From Oopsacas minuta (taxonomy: Eukaryota; Animalia; Porifera), in contig JAKMXF010000046.1 of NCBI GenBank assembly GCA_024704765.1, positions 1 to 35,963 on the forward strand: a stretch of 35,963 nucleotides of DNA, given 5' to 3'. The first letter of the stretch is position 1. The number at the start of each line of letters is the position of its first letter. Of this stretch, positions 35,346-35,963 are shown in pieces. The notes below the pieces were generated by a model. The model ran no database searches, was not told where the DNA came from, and saw only the letters and a list, made by a program, of their open reading frames with translations. The translations under genes and the position numbers were made by a program.

Positions 35346-35762
35346 AAAGTTATTTGATTATGGGATTATTTACATAAATTTTCTTTACAACCAACAATCA
35401 CCTAAAATATGGTAAATATGCTTGAGATTAAACATGAGAAGTGTGGTAAAAATATGTGGTTTCAGATGTAATTTCTATTGTATAGATTTGTTGATGTGTT
35501 CATAGTTATACCAGTATCTATTACATACAAAATTTAGTATAATTGGAATGTTGTTTGCTGGTTACTGAGTTGAACAACAAATGGTTTAGCAAACTGGCAT
35601 GCAAACCACATGTAATTATTACCTATACTTAAAGAATACATTCCAAACGATCATACAATGTATTTCGATCAATCTTAAGTCAAGTATAAAAGGAAAATCA
35701 GGGAAATAGAACTAACAAATCCTAATTATTCGAGTTGTGATATTTCTATTATAAAACCCTTA

Positions 35763-35963
35763 ATGGCAGTTGCTCCATCGTTTCAACCTCTGCTGGTTCC
35801 TACAATATTTCCAGTTATTGAAGAAATTACCTTAAAACAACTTTTTCGTAATATCACTATTGATGAAGATACTTGTATAGCATGGCTCAAAAGTAACGGA
35901 CTTTTAGCTACCGGGATGATGTGCAAATGCGGTAGAATTATGAGACCCGGAACATTTTCAGGT
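35763..35963 (+). CDS. 5' end of a probable Merlin/ISXO2(IS1595)-like transposase, running off the window edge
   Basis: Open frame MAVAPSF...LFRNITIDEDTCIAWLKSNGLLATGMMCKCGRIMRPGTFSG. The CIxWLxxxGLL...CxCG.xM pattern resembles the N-terminal zinc-ribbon region of this family; the DDE core is not visible. Confidence 0.5.
   Translation, partial: MAVAPSFQPLLVPTIFPVIEEITLKQLFRNITIDEDTCIAWLKSNGLLATGMMCKCGRIMRPGTFSG

Noticed and set aside
1-35963. tRNA, rRNA or snRNA genes
   Set aside because: No cloverleaf, T-loop with A/B boxes, or conserved snRNA/rRNA strings recognised by eye; an Infernal or tRNAscan-SE run would be decisive.

Overview
Eukaryotic, AT-rich, intron-poor animal DNA in the standard genetic code. 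The very large exons, the orphan intronless 7TM family and the dense MITEs suggest a basal metazoan such as a hexactinellid sponge; this is inference only. Intact genes: AP-2 alpha-adaptin (2 exons, minus, 945 aa), ATR kinase (2 exons, minus, 2589 aa), a tetraspanin (3 exons, minus, 325 aa), a single-exon FAM81-like coiled-coil gene (plus), a probable exon of an unknown gene at the left edge, and the start of a Merlin/ISXO2-like transposase at the right edge. Manual translation found three decayed genes largely missed by the ORF track: an SDR16C/RDH10-like dehydrogenase, an orphan 7TM protein and calmodulin-lysine N-methyltransferase (CAMKMT). Intergenic and intronic DNA is a patchwork of Tc1/mariner-pogo and hAT MITEs (at least two nested insertions), a ~1 kb foldback palindrome and a dispersed repeat family. 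I see no evidence of a new multi-gene system. The most interesting items are the hidden pseudogenes, the FAM81-like gene and the atypical tetraspanin loop. All family assignments come from remembered motifs; no search was run.
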